DNA of 58,965 nt, counting the filler. It is 7 parts of 7 records of this genome, joined end to end, with 100 filler letters (N's around TTAATTAATTAA, not from the genome) between each part and the next. Parts side by side here need not be neighbours in the genome. Positions count along the whole stretch, not along the records: positions 1 to 12,878 come from SRR31147125_26538; 6 more parts are not named here. One strand, 5' to 3'. Position 1 is the stretch's first letter. Each line of letters begins with the position of its first letter. Under the pieces are notes generated by a model. The model was given only the letters and a program-made list of their open reading frames with translations, did not search any database and had not been told where the DNA came from. This document shows positions 1 to 9,963 of this stretch, piece after piece. The position numbers and the translations under genes are program-made.

Positions 1-1213
1 AAAAACCATTACGGGAAACAAAATCAATCCAATCCGTATTTATCCTTTGGGCATATAGATGTGTCATGTTTGGTTGAGAATGTATAATATCCTCCGCAGA
101 ATTTACAGCCGGTTCCTGGGCTATGTATTTTTCTGTCCACCTGTCAAAATCCATCATATTTGGTTTATCCGGCCAGGTGTTTAATCCCATCGAGGAGTTA
201 AAAGTTATAACTGGCTTATCCGTTTTTCCTCTTTTGGTAGTAATTACAACTACCCCGTTGGCCGCACGCGAACCATAAACTGCCGCTGCCGAAGCATCTT
301 TTAAAACATCCATAACAGCAATATCATCCGGATTTATATCGGCCATACTTCCCAGATATACAATTCCATCAAGCACAATAAGCGGGGCATTATCTCCCTT
401 AATTGAATTCTGACCACGTACCTCAATACTTGGTGTAGAGCCTGGTGAGTTTTGCGTTCCAACATTAACACCTGCAATAGTTCCCTGTAAAGATTGAAGT
501 GCATTACTGGCAGGCAAGTTGGCAATTGGAGAGTCTTCCATTCTGAGAGTACTTACAGCTCCTGAAATATCTTTTCTACGGGCTGTTCCGTAACCAATAG
601 CTACCACTTCTTCAATACCGATGGCATCGGTTTTCATGGTAATGTTAATTGCAGTCTGGCTGCCCACTTCAATTTCCTGGGTAAGCATACCTATAAAAGA
701 GAAAACCAGTGTGGCACCATCCGGGATGTTAGAAATGGCATAGTTACCATCCATATTTGTTACCGTACCGTTGGTAGTACCTTTTATAAGTACTGTTACA
801 CCGGGTAGTGGTTCGCTGGCTTCGTCGGTTACTGTTCCGGAGATGGAGTTTTGTTGAGAAGCGTTCATTAGCTCGGAGAACTTATTTTCTTCAGGTGTCA
901 ATAAAATTAAGTCGTTTTCTAAAACTTTATATTTTACTCCCTGGTCTTTAAAAATTGCCGATAAAATTTCTTCAACAGTATTTTCATTTGAGTTTAGGCT
1001 AATTACACGTTCAACATCTACCTGTTCGCGTTGGTAAAAAAACCTAAAATTACTTTCTTCTTCAATTTCGCGTAAGACATTAGCAACCTGTTGTTGCTTA
1101 ATTTCAAACGTAAACTTAGTTGCCTGCGAATATACCGTTGCCGATACTTGCATGAAACAAAGAAATAGTCCAATTAACGTTAGTTTCATTTTTAATAATA
1201 GTTTACGCTTCAT
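1..1213 (-). CDS. susC: SusC/RagA TonB-dependent transporter with N-terminal STN domain (N-terminal part; runs off the window edge)
   Basis: Manual translation: MKRKLLLKMKLTLIG...SGTVTDEASEPLPGVTVLIKGTTNGTVT...EEVVAIGYGT...PLIVLDG...DINPDDIAVMDVLKDASAAAVYGSRAANGVVVITTKRG. Absent from the ORF track because there is no stop in the window. The true start may be the ATG at 1251 if the A7 run is really A8. Confidence 0.95.
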   Translation of the reverse strand, partial: MKRKLLLKMKLTLIGLFLCFMQVSATVYSQATKFTFEIKQQQVANVLREIEEESNFRFFYQREQVDVERVISLNSNENTVEEILSAIFKDQGVKYKVLENDLILLTPEENKFSELMNASQQNSISGTVTDEASEPLPGVTVLIKGTTNGTVTNMDGNYAISNIPDGATLVFSFIGMLTQEIEVGSQTAINITMKTDAIGIEEVVAIGYGTARRKDISGAVSTLRMEDSPIANLPASNALQSLQGTIAGVNVGTQNSPGSTPSIEVRGQNSIKGDNAPLIVLDGIVYLGSMADINPDDIAVMDVLKDASAAAVYGSRAANGVVVITTKRGKTDKPVITFNSSMGLNTWPDKPNMMDFDRWTEKYIAQEPAVNSAEDIIHSQPNMTHLYAQRINTDWIDFVSRNGF

Positions 1214-1250
1214 TCCAATATAGCGGAAGAAGCCCGTTACATTTTTTTCA

Positions 1251-1347
1251 TAAATTTGTTGTATTAAAATGTTTGTAATAATTGGTGTGACAGCACCATT
1301 TGATCGCATTTGAGCCGGTTTATGTGACAGCATCAACCGGTTTTTTT
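1251..1347 (+). ncRNA. Candidate cis-antisense sRNA between anti-sigma gene and susC
   Basis: TAAATTTG (TAnnTTTG -7 box) at 1251-1258. Two hairpins share TGTGACAGCA (1286-1295, 1323-1332). The second hairpin is followed by T7 (1341-1347). Confidence 0.4.
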
Positions 1348-1379
1348 CGTTTTAGTTTAGTTCATAAGCATCTTGTATT

Positions 1380-2384
1380 TTAGTTTTTAGTTATTAATAG
1401 TTTTTGTTCTTCAATTTTATAGTTTATGGGTAACGAATGTTTTAAAATTTCCATTACTTCCATAATTGTTTCATTTTTAAGTGTTCCGTCGTAATGAAGT
1501 TCCAATAGTAATGGATCGTCAACATCAATATCCACTCCGTATTTTCGCTCAAGAAGTATGATTAGGTCTTTTAACTCCATATTTACAAATATGAGTTTGT
1601 TTTCTTTCCACGAAGTGTACAGTTTCGTTTTTACATTCCTTAATTCAATACTGTTTCGTTCCTTGCTGTAGACGAGCTGTTCTCCAGGCTTTAGTATCTG
1701 GTTACTATGAATTCTAAATTTTTCGGTTGAAGTTATTTGAATACTCCCTTCTTCCAGTGTGGTTATTACTTCATTGTCTTCGGCATATGCTTTAACATTA
1801 AATTCGGTTCCCAATACATTTACGTCGTAAAAAGGGGTATGAACAACAAATGGTCTTTCAGTATTTTTTGTAACCTGAAACCAGGCTTCTCCATCTAAAA
1901 ATACTTCGCGTTTTCCCTTTTCTCCGTTAACGATATACCTAATTTCTGAATCAGAATTCAAGTAAACCATAGTATTATCGGGTAGTAACATTTGCGAGAC
2001 CGATCCTTTAGGTGCAATAGATGTGTAATATACCGGAGTTGTTTTTTTATAATTCTGAATCAGGATTCCAACAATTAAACCAAGAACCAAAACTGCGGCA
2101 AGCTTCGAAACATTTATAAATACTCTTTTCGCCTTCGAAATTTTTTGAGATTTTCTTTCCAGATTTATTTTATGATGGATTTCGTGCAACATTATGGAAA
2201 AATCATTGGCACCAAGAGTTTCTGCGGCATCCGTTTTATCGCTGTACCATATATCATACAGCGTAGGTCGTAATTCTAAGTTATGATAAGGATCTTCTAA
2301 AATAGACATTGCCTTTTCAAGCTCCTCTTTATCAGAGGTTCCCTGTATATAATTTTGAATTGTATTAGAAATATTTTTTTCCAT
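1380..2384 (-). CDS. fecR: FecR-family anti-sigma factor
   Basis: 334 aa with one TM helix; LPDNTMVYLNSDS, LDGEAWFQV, VLGTEFNV and TSWK motifs; lies between an ECF sigma gene and susC. Confidence 0.95.
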   Translation of the reverse strand: MEKNISNTIQNYIQGTSDKEELEKAMSILEDPYHNLELRPTLYDIWYSDKTDAAETLGANDFSIMLHEIHHKINLERKSQKISKAKRVFINVSKLAAVLVLGLIVGILIQNYKKTTPVYYTSIAPKGSVSQMLLPDNTMVYLNSDSEIRYIVNGEKGKREVFLDGEAWFQVTKNTERPFVVHTPFYDVNVLGTEFNVKAYAEDNEVITTLEEGSIQITSTEKFRIHSNQILKPGEQLVYSKERNSIELRNVKTKLYTSWKENKLIFVNMELKDLIILLERKYGVDIDVDDPLLLELHYDGTLKNETIMEVMEILKHSLPINYKIEEQKLLITKN

Positions 2385-2641
2385 TCATTAATTTACATAA
2401 AGAATTGAAAATCCCCAAACGATAAAGGAGGGGGATTTCAATTCTGTTTAACTAAACTAAACCTATGCGAAACATTTGTTCTCAATTTTATAGATTGTTT
2501 ATAGGTAATACGCAGAAATAAACTTACCCCCCAAAAAAAAGATAAATAATTTTCACAAACTTCAGACAAAACAAGCTATACTCTTGTTTTTCTGCCATTT
2601 ACATAAGCAAATAATAATAAAATAAAAAAAACAATGAAATA

Positions 2642-3239
2642 TTAGGCGAATAAAATAAGAAACAGTACAACCGGCAAAATATCTTTCCCCAGTTTTGTTT
2701 TAAGGTGTTTAAGTGCCAGTGTAATTTGGTTTTCAACCGTTTTTACCGAAATTCCCAAACGAGATGCAATTTCTTTATGCGACAATCCCAGCTCGCGGCT
2801 TAAAGTATAAATCTGCTTCCGTTTGGCTGGCAGCTCTTCCACTGCCCCCCGAATTTGTTCAACAATCTTATCGTAATCTAATTTGCCGGACAAATCAAAA
2901 CTTTCCGATTCAAAATAAGTCACAAGGAATTTCCGGTACTCCTTAGCCTTTTAAGCGTAATCGCAACTGGTCGACAACAAGATTATACGAAATAGAAAAT
3001 AAGAATGATTTAAATGATTTCGTAGAATCAATTTCTTCTCGTTTTCTCCAAATTCGTAAAAATGCTTCCTGAACAATTTCTTTTGAGTCTTCCGAATTTT
3101 TTAGGAGAGAAAATGCAAAACGATATAGTTTTTCGCTGTATTTATGAAATAATTTATCGAATGCCTCAACCTCTTTATTCATCAGTTGCAAAACAAGGAG
3201 CTTATCGTCTTCGCTATGTATAACATTCTTTGATTTCAT
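2642..3239 (-). CDS. ECF RNA polymerase sigma-70 factor (one frameshift near 2950, probably sequencing error)
   Basis: ORF 2943-3269 has region 2 (AFDKLFHKY...EIVQEAFLRIW). ORF 2642-2923 has region 4 (LSHKEIASRLGISVKTVENQI). Removing one base at TTAAAAGGC joins them as LKAKEYRKFLVTYF. Confidence 0.9.
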
Positions 3240-3632
3240 ACACGATACAATAATATAAAAATTGTTCAATATTATTCTTTCTTAAACTTTAATAATTTGT
3301 TACAGCTACAAATTTTACATAAAAAAACGAAATCTTACTTATACATTTACTCTGAACAAAGCTGTAATTTTAAAAATGCGTATACGCTTTTTTACCAGTC
3401 CGCAAATTGATTCTCTCTGATTACCCCAGTCAGCTGGCTGGTGCCGAGACAATCAATTCGCTTCCGATCGGTACTTCTGCCATAGGCATTCCTTTGGAGC
3501 CCTCACGGAGCTATCCTTCGACACACATCTTTTTTCGATGTTTCCAGATGTTAATACTGATAGTTTCGTATGGGGCAACCAATATCTTTTTATCATCTTT
3601 TGGCACCGGACGAGGCTTTCTGCGCTCATCTT

Positions 3633-3750
3633 ACCCGGCGTTTCACACCGGGTTATTCACATTTGACGCTTCCAGCGTCAGAAAATCCCGAAGGGATTAG
3701 ATGTTAATAGTCTCGGGTAAATGAACGTAGGGGGTGTATAATCCGGGGGT
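3633..3750. repeat. Inverted pair of REP-like palindromic elements
   Basis: Element A (minus): GACGC-TGGAA-GCGTC AAATGTGAATAA CCCGG..CCGGG. Element B (plus): ATCCC-GAA-GGGAT TAGATGTTAATAG TCTCGGG..CCGGGGG. Both have the same hairpin + ATGTnAATA + GC-hairpin layout. Confidence 0.5.
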
Positions 3751-4138
3751 AAAAGGAAAATTGAATGAAGGCGCAATCACTCCGATGTTCAAGGTGCCAG
3801 CGTTGCATGCCCGCAACTCTGCCAGTGGCTAAAACAGCGCGAATTGAACATTTATATATAAAGGTTTTTTCGTAAGGGGAGATGTCAACAGTTGAGCTTG
3901 CGAAATCCCGCACTTTATGTCGGGGGCAAAGAATAGGGTTTTACGCAATAGGTAAACAACCGGATATTCATAAAAAATTATATCATCATATCCGCTTTTG
4001 CTTTTCTATTTTAAGTGCACCTCTTGTTACCAAGAGGCACACTTAATTCTAACTAACCAAACTATTTCTATCCATACCTTTAATTGATTTCACAGGCACT
4101 ATATTTTTGTTAATACATCATTTAAAATCATATCAGTG

Positions 4139-7123
4139 TTACATTACTGTCGATTGTTGTTTAATCCTGAATCGATATCCTTTTATCGCATAAAACAGGA
4201 AATACAAATAGACAGGCAGTAGCATCCAGTAGGCCAACTGGTAGCTATGAAATGAGTCCTTTAAGCCACCCAGAACCGGGGGCAACAAACCGCCGCCAAC
4301 AATACCCATCACCAATAAAGCCGAACCACTTTTAGTAAATTTACCCAACCCGGCCAGTGCCAGTGGCCAAATGGCAGGCCAAATAAGCGAATTGGCCAAA
4401 CCTAATATTACCACGAAATAAATTGAAACCTCTTTGGGAAGTAAAACTATAAGAATAGAAGATATTACACCCAATATGGAGCAAGCCTTCATGGCGTTAG
4501 TCTGCGAGATTATTTTGGGGATCAGTATAATTCCAAGAAAATATCCAATGATATAACTAACAGAGGTATAAAAAGCAAATTTTTCTGGTCGTGATAATCC
4601 TATTTCAATGGCATAATCGTTTATTGATACCAATACAATATTTTCAACTCCCACATAGAAAAAGATTCCTAAAGCACCGAGTAACAAATGAGGAAATTGC
4701 CAAATGCTACTTTTGGAATTTTTAGAATCTTCTGTTTCTTTAGTTTCATCCTCACCCGAAGCTTTTACCTCCGGAAGCGGGGCAAAATAGGAAAGAACTC
4801 CCAGTAACAATAATATTCCTGTTATCACATAAAAAGGCACAATTACATCGTTCAACTCAACATTAACCGTATCCATAAAAATAGCAAGAACCACTGGGGC
4901 CAATCCAAACGACAGCTTATTGCATGTTCCCATTATACTTATTCTTTTTGCCGCACTTTTTTCAGAACCAAGAATTGTTATATACGGATTAACAGCAGTG
5001 TTCAACAAGGTTTGCCCCATACCGTTTACAAACAATGCAAGCAAAAAGAGGGGAAAACTTATTAATCCGGCAGCCGGAATAATAAGGTACATACCGAAGG
5101 CCATTAACAAAAAAGAAAAGAACATAGATCTTTTGTATCCCAATCTGATTAAAATTCGCCCTGATGGTATGCCAAATAAAACAAAAGCAGAAAAGGTTGC
5201 AGTGGTTACCAGGTACGATTTTGCCGTGCTTATATTAAAAGCAGCCTTTACAAAAGGAACGAAAAACGCGTTAATCCCAACTGCAAATCCCAGCACCGAA
5301 AACATTACTGCAATAATTATCATCGGCACAACAAATCCTTTCCAGTTAACGGAACCGGAAGATATTAACATACTTTCTTTTTTATTTTTCGGAACATCTT
5401 CAATAACCTTCCTTAAATTCATATTTGTTTTATTAAGCCGTTCAATAGCCTCATTTTTATCCAAATTGTATAAAATACCAAGAATAGACTGTGCCCTTTC
5501 AATCAGCTTATTGTTTATACAAGCCACATCTATCATGTATGGCCCCGCAATCTTTCCCATTTTAACCATAACCGAAGTTGAAATAAAATTCAGAATTTTT
5601 TTAGTTGCTGTACCAGCTTTCATGCGTGTAGAACCTGCCACTACTTCATAGCCCGAGTTTAGGGGGATTACAGAGTGACAAAATGGTAAACCACTATGTG
5701 GCTTCTCACTTTGAACCAACACTGAAAAGGCACCCCGTCCTTTTGCAAATGCTAGTGCCGACTGCACATACCAGGCTGTTCCACTTGCCGAAATACCAAT
5801 TACAGAATCATTTTCATTTAGGTCCATTAATAACATTTCAGGAACAGCGCTGGCATCTTCTTCAAAATCCGATTCAATTTCAATGGCTGCATCTGCAATA
5901 CCTCCTGCAACAAGGCATAAAGCTTTTTCTTTAGGAAATCCGTAAGTACATGGAATTTCCACTGCATCCATAGCAGCTACCCTTCCACTTGTTCCCGAAC
6001 CAACATATATAAGCCTTCCTCCTTTAGCAATTCTTTCCGAAACCTTATCTATCACCTCCTCAATTACAGAAAAACAATTTTTAAGGTTTTCTCCGGCTTC
6101 CTGTTCTGCTTTCCATAAAAGTTTTACAAGCTCAGACGTTGACAGTTCCTGTAACTGTACTTTTTCCTGATAAGGGATTTCGGTTGAAATGGAGCTGTAC
6201 TTCTTTTGCACTTGCCTGCTTCTTGCATGAAACTCACCTTTTGCCAGTGCAACTGCACCAATTAACTGTAATTTATTTCCTTCTTTTAGCACAGAAACTT
6301 TCACAGGTCGATCGAGTTCTACTGGTGTATTTTCAAGTTTCGCATTAAGTTTGCTTTCCAGTGGGTAGTTGCAATCCCCAACTGCTTCGGCGAGACCTCC
6401 GCAAAGCATCACCTCATCAAGGTTATAGAGTATAGCTGCGGTATTTATTATTCTTTCAAGATTATTTATATATGTTTCCCGGACCTCTTTATGTCGTTCC
6501 TCTTTCAGCACATTTATTAAGTTATCCTCACTGTCTTCGGCTGCCAGTTTTGATGCGCTCAATATATGATCAAATAATCGTGAAGGTGTTCTAATACTTC
6601 CCAGTAAATTAGGTATTTTTCCCGGTCTCCATCTCCTTCCGTTGCGCCATACCGAAAAACCAAGGCCCGTACCCACAGGCATAATCCCTATGGTTTTGTT
6701 GCCTTTCAGCTTTCCTAATTCTGCAATTCCGATTGTGGCTGCATCTGCATCGTTAATGACAACAGCATTACAACCTAACTCCTGCTCTATTTCGTTTTTC
6801 CAGCTATCAGTCATTAGAGCGCTTAAATGTTTTGCTGCTTTTAAAACTTTTGTTCCCTGATAATTCACAATTCCTGCTGTTGAAATACCAATGCAGGCAA
6901 TATTCCCGCAACTTGTTTCAAATTGTGCAATTAATTGTTTTAATGCTTTTGAAAACGCTTTAGCATCGGCATTCTCATGCAGAAGGCTTTTTATTCTTTT
7001 TACCTGAAAATTAAGTTTGTCGTTGTTTTCGTTCGAGAAATATAACTCGTCAACAAGCGTTCCTTTAATCCAGGTCCCACCAACATCAACTCCCAGGTAT
7101 TTTAGGTCGGCTTTCTTATTCAT
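4139..7123 (-). CDS. Fusion of ROK-family sugar kinase (aa ~1-300), MurQ-like N-acetylmuramate-6-phosphate etherase (aa ~310-580) and FucP/GluP-type MFS sugar permease (aa ~585-994)
   Basis: ROK motifs GVDVGGT, NDADAA, GTGLG. MurQ motifs GGRLIYVGSGTSGR, DAVEIPCTYG, GISASGT, EVVAGSTRMKAGTATK. MFS motifs LGYKRS, TAVNPYITILG, FPHLLLGALGIFFYVGVE, ANSLIWPAIWPLAL. Confidence 0.85.
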   Translation of the reverse strand: MNKKADLKYLGVDVGGTWIKGTLVDELYFSNENNDKLNFQVKRIKSLLHENADAKAFSKALKQLIAQFETSCGNIACIGISTAGIVNYQGTKVLKAAKHLSALMTDSWKNEIEQELGCNAVVINDADAATIGIAELGKLKGNKTIGIMPVGTGLGFSVWRNGRRWRPGKIPNLLGSIRTPSRLFDHILSASKLAAEDSEDNLINVLKEERHKEVRETYINNLERIINTAAILYNLDEVMLCGGLAEAVGDCNYPLESKLNAKLENTPVELDRPVKVSVLKEGNKLQLIGAVALAKGEFHARSRQVQKKYSSISTEIPYQEKVQLQELSTSELVKLLWKAEQEAGENLKNCFSVIEEVIDKVSERIAKGGRLIYVGSGTSGRVAAMDAVEIPCTYGFPKEKALCLVAGGIADAAIEIESDFEEDASAVPEMLLMDLNENDSVIGISASGTAWYVQSALAFAKGRGAFSVLVQSEKPHSGLPFCHSVIPLNSGYEVVAGSTRMKAGTATKKILNFISTSVMVKMGKIAGPYMIDVACINNKLIERAQSILGILYNLDKNEAIERLNKTNMNLRKVIEDVPKNKKESMLISSGSVNWKGFVVPMIIIAVMFSVLGFAVGINAFFVPFVKAAFNISTAKSYLVTTATFSAFVLFGIPSGRILIRLGYKRSMFFSFLLMAFGMYLIIPAAGLISFPLFLLALFVNGMGQTLLNTAVNPYITILGSEKSAAKRISIMGTCNKLSFGLAPVVLAIFMDTVNVELNDVIVPFYVITGILLLLGVLSYFAPLPEVKASGEDETKETEDSKNSKSSIWQFPHLLLGALGIFFYVGVENIVLVSINDYAIEIGLSRPEKFAFYTSVSYIIGYFLGIILIPKIISQTNAMKACSILGVISSILIVLLPKEVSIYFVVILGLANSLIWPAIWPLALAGLGKFTKSGSALLVMGIVGGGLLPPVLGGLKDSFHSYQLAYWMLLPVYLYFLFYAIKGYRFRIKQQSTVM

Positions 7124-9741
7124 TTGTTTTATTTAAAAGAGGTGAGTAGGGCGATTCCAAAACAAGTTCTTTTTTCCCTGCTTCCAAATAATCTTCAAAT
7201 CTTCGGCTATACTCTGCACTAAATGCCTTTTTTATTAATTCAAAACTTAAGTGTTCGGCAGGGTAATTTTTCTCTTCCTTTAGCAGGAATCCAGGGCCAT
7301 TTGGTGTCTGATACATTTGAGCCTTTTTGTCCTTATTCATAATGGTTACAGAGTGAGAGTTGTTAACATCGACTTTTTCAGACTCCCAACGAGTGCCTCT
7401 TTCTTTTCGGTAACTAAGCAGGATATTTTGAAAATTGTTTTTGAAGACTTTAGTATTCTTTTTGAGTGAAATGAATTTCTGATACATTAGGAGAAAAATA
7501 CATGATATCATTCTCTAAATGATATGTTTTGGCATTGTGCTCCACATCAATCAATTCTACAAAATATGGAACAGGTATAGCAATGCGATGAGGTGAATGT
7601 TGAAAACGATTGTTTAAATTTAAATGGGCACCATTATCTGAGAATGTCAAGGTTGCGGAAACCGCTCCCATTTCAGTTGGCATATTAATGAACCTGATTT
7701 CTTTTCCATCAGTTGTCCACTCCGGAGAAAGAACGGAGAACAGATACAGATCACGTTCGTTCTCATTAATTCCGGCATCACCGCCGTATTCCCTTATTAA
7801 ACAATTACGGATTAAAAGGGAAGTTTTGGCAGCTGCCCAGGCATGTGGTGGAGGGCATGGCTCCGGATCTCGATCTTCCCAAGGTTCTATCATGTTTTCA
7901 AATCCCTCGTGTGTTGGACCATTATGAAGCAAAACATGGTATAAATCCAACAGGGCATTTTTTTGATTATTTATAGCGAGATATTGGTTGGCAAGGTTGA
8001 TGGTTGCGTACTGATGCAGGTGCATTCCATCGCGATAGGTCATTATACCTTCTCTATACTTATTAGTCCGTATGCGGTTTAATGTTCCGGCTACCCTTGG
8101 GTCATCCATTTTCAGGGCTTCGGTGGGATAAACCAACAACATATTTTCCCAGTCCTGGTTTGTCCGGTATTCAGGGAAGCCTTCCCTGGCTTCTTCCCCA
8201 ATTATATATTCATATAAACCAGGCGGTATATACCCATCTTCTTTGGCACTTTTCTCAATAGCCGTTAATATCGATTGCGTGTAAGAATCGTTTAACTTCA
8301 TCCAGCGCTCAATATCTTCCGTTTTTCCGGCTCTTTTTGCAACGCGTATGGCATCTCTAAGCCCCAAAAGACACCAAAGGTTGTGCGAAGTGTAGTGGCC
8401 TTTTATCATTTCAGCATCAAATGGTGTTGAAGCAGGCATTAATCCGTTTGGATTCTCTTTATGTTTTTGCCCCATCCATTCTACCGCTTTTTTCATGGTT
8501 GGATATGTCTTTTCCAGATACTCGTTATTCTCCGTCATCAGGTAATGATGAGCCAAACTAACCAGCGCCTGTCCATGTGAAGCCATTATCTCTTTACCGT
8601 GCGTGAGGATTGGATCAAGAAACATTCCACTTTCATTTTGATTATCCAGAAGCCACTGTGTATTAATATCAACAAATTCGTGCAGACCATTGAAATCGTA
8701 TATGCGTCTCATGTCAACAAAATCGTTGAAAAACAAACCATCGTATGGCAATCCGCTTCCCTGACGTTTTTTTCCGTTGTTAAGTCGGGTGGCAAGTATT
8801 AAATGAACAAGACCTGCTTTATATGATTCGTTCACTCTTTTTTCAGGGATGAATATGTCGCAATCCTGTGTTAGTAATTTCTCCCAAAAATCTATTGTTT
8901 TGGTCTTATAATATGCATGGTCGGCCTCAAAAAATTTAGTAACAAACGCTTTATCTGTCAAGGTATTTATTGGAACTCTTGGCATCTTAAAAAACAAATC
9001 CACCTTTTCTCCGGAATCTAATTTTCTTTCAAATATTGTAATCCCTGTAGGAGAATCTTTTTCCAAGTTAAAATCAGCTCCATTATATTTTTTAGTGTAT
9101 TTAATTCCCGGTACAGCATACTTTTCTGCTCCTTCACTAAAAGTATACAATAACTTTCCATCTCTAAATAATGAATTAGCTTCAAATTCAAAATCAGATT
9201 TTGCATGATTTGGACTATTCCCTTTTCTATGGTCTAATCCGGAAGACGAAATTCCAGCCGCTAGTTTTGCTGTTTTTTTCTCTTTTGATTTATTATTCAA
9301 TGATACTTTAACATACTGAATGGAATTTTGAGAATCTTCATTGTCAAGTTGCATCCCAAATAATTCAATCGAATAATTAATCCCATCTTCAGTCCAATCA
9401 TCTTCAACAATTGGAATCCACCCTTTGTAAAAGTGCCTCTGATTAATGAATAAAGGACGAAGGGTATTTCCAGAGAAGAAGCATAATTCCGCTTGTCCGG
9501 TAAAAATTGCACCATCGTATGTTAATTGAACAGGTTTTGGCGAAAAAGGAACGCCAATAACAGTCGTTGGTTTAGGATAATAACTCCATTCTTTATCAGG
9601 ATTATTAATTGAGGGATTATACATTTGGTACGACAAAGCACCATCCGCACTTCCTTTATCTGTAATTATTTTCTCATCAATTTTGCAACTCAGTACAAAA
9701 AAGAATGTTAGTGTAACCAGAAACGAATATCTGAATTTCAT
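7116..9741 (-). CDS. Putative lipoprotein with (alpha/alpha)6 six-hairpin glycosidase-like domain (frameshift near 7470 splits off the C-terminus)
   Basis: Lipobox VLSC then KIDEK. YDGLFFND, SHGQAL, GLMPAS and PPHAWAAA resemble GH15/GH78-like barrels. ORF 7116-7511 overlaps it and continues it in another frame. Confidence 0.6.
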
Positions 9742-9963
9742 ATTTTTGATTTGTTTTATTATTTTTCGTTACTCTCCTGTGATTTCTTTCAATTAGGAGA
9801 TAAAAATAGTACAGCTCAATTAAAAGTTCTTAGTAATTAAATTCATTTGTTTCGCAAATAGTGTCATTTTTATTTTTTCAAATTTTCAACCATCTATTAA
9901 TGTTTTATTAATGAGCTGTGTATATATTGTAGCATATATGCGCAATTATTATATTTAGCAATT

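Noticed and set aside
3407-3913. ORFs of 97 aa and 69 aa in the intergenic island
   Set aside because: Non-ATG starts, no motifs, and they overlap palindromic repeats.
4920-5651. 243-aa plus-strand ORF
   Set aside because: Antisense shadow of the MFS/MurQ coding region with no recognisable motifs. The same applies to the many other short antisense or overlapping ORFs in the track.
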